DNA of 33,449 bases. Origin: Pseudomonadales bacterium. Its GTDB lineage: Bacteria; Pseudomonadota; Gammaproteobacteria; Pseudomonadales; GM7GCV1. Under the pieces are notes generated by a model. The model was not told the DNA's origin, searched no databases, and worked only from the letters and a program-made list of their open reading frames with translations. Below are positions 33,079 to 33,449 of this stretch, one piece after another; position 1 is the first letter of the stretch, and every line of letters begins with the position of its first letter. The DNA is taken from NCBI GenBank assembly GCA_041595415.1, contig JBFHKI010000001.1, forward strand, positions 1 through 33,449, read 5' to 3'. The translations under genes were made by a program, and so were the position numbers.

Positions 33079-33449
33079 ATGAAATCCTTCCCCTTTTTCT
33101 TCAAGCTTCAGGGTCTTTCCTGCTTGGTTGTTGGAGGTGGGGAAGGGGCACGCCACAAGGCCAGTCTACTCCACAGGGCTGGAGCAAATATAACTCTGGT
33201 GGCGGATCAGCTTTTGCCCGCCACCCGACAGTTTGTCAGCGACAACCGGCTAAAGCACCTGTCAGTTGGTTATGAGCCTGAACAGCTGCAAGGTATGCGC
33301 CTTGTTATTGCTGCCGCAGATGCGGATTTGAACCGGGAAATTGCCAAGGATGCCCGTGCCAGAGGCATTTTTGTCAACGCGGTGGACATGCCAGAAATAA
33401 GCGACTTCTATTTTCCCTCTATTGTTGACCGCTCTCCGATCAGTATCGC
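33079..33449 (+). CDS. cysG: Siroheme synthase, N-terminal precorrin-2 dehydrogenase/ferrochelatase domain (partial; continues beyond the window)
   Basis: Translated by hand from ATG 33079: MKSFPFFFKLQGLSCLVVGGGEGARHKASLLHRAGANITLVADQLLP...LVIAAADADLNREIAKDARARGIFVNAVDMPEISDFYFPSIVDRSPISI. It has the Rossmann motif VVGGGxxA and the typical CysG N-terminus. As I recall, serS-cysG adjacency also occurs in Pseudomonas. Confidence 0.85.
   Translation, partial: MKSFPFFFKLQGLSCLVVGGGEGARHKASLLHRAGANITLVADQLLPATRQFVSDNRLKHLSVGYEPEQLQGMRLVIAAADADLNREIAKDARARGIFVNAVDMPEISDFYFPSIVDRSPISI

Overview
The window is mostly housekeeping chromosome from a moderate-GC gammaproteobacterium. I support 28 protein-coding genes plus one doubtful small ORF. 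Gene order, left to right: bepA (5' part, minus strand, runs off the edge) / aceE-aceF-SLC13 permease / xseA (minus) / guaB-guaA-pncC-recA / LuxR-type regulator-ggt / purB-hflD-mnmA-nudJ (all minus) / monomeric idh / cspD (minus) / clpS-clpA / infA-bpt-aat-trxB (all minus) / ftsK-lolA-crcB-serS-cysG (partial). From purB to cysG the order closely follows the E. coli and Pseudomonas arrangement as I recall it. I saw no tRNA, rRNA, CRISPR array, IS element, integrase, phage gene or recognisable defence gene. The one accessory-looking unit lies between recA (which has no recX after it) and purB. It consists of a near-perfect 20-bp lux box, a LuxR-family receptor that keeps all nine invariant residues of acyl-homoserine-lactone (AHL) receptors, and a periplasmic gamma-glutamyltransferase whose ATG directly follows the regulator's stop codon (TAAATG). 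No LuxI-type synthase is present in the window. This LuxR-solo/GGT module is my best candidate for something not yet described, but I cannot check databases and it may be known. The rest is ordinary core genome with a few small regulatory curiosities: a recA SOS box, a guaB promoter palindrome, a zinc-ribbon-like small ORF upstream of aceE, and concerted repeats in the aceF lipoyl domains. Several ORF-track starts look too far upstream and are trimmed here: recA, purB, nudJ, idh, cspD, trxB and lolA.
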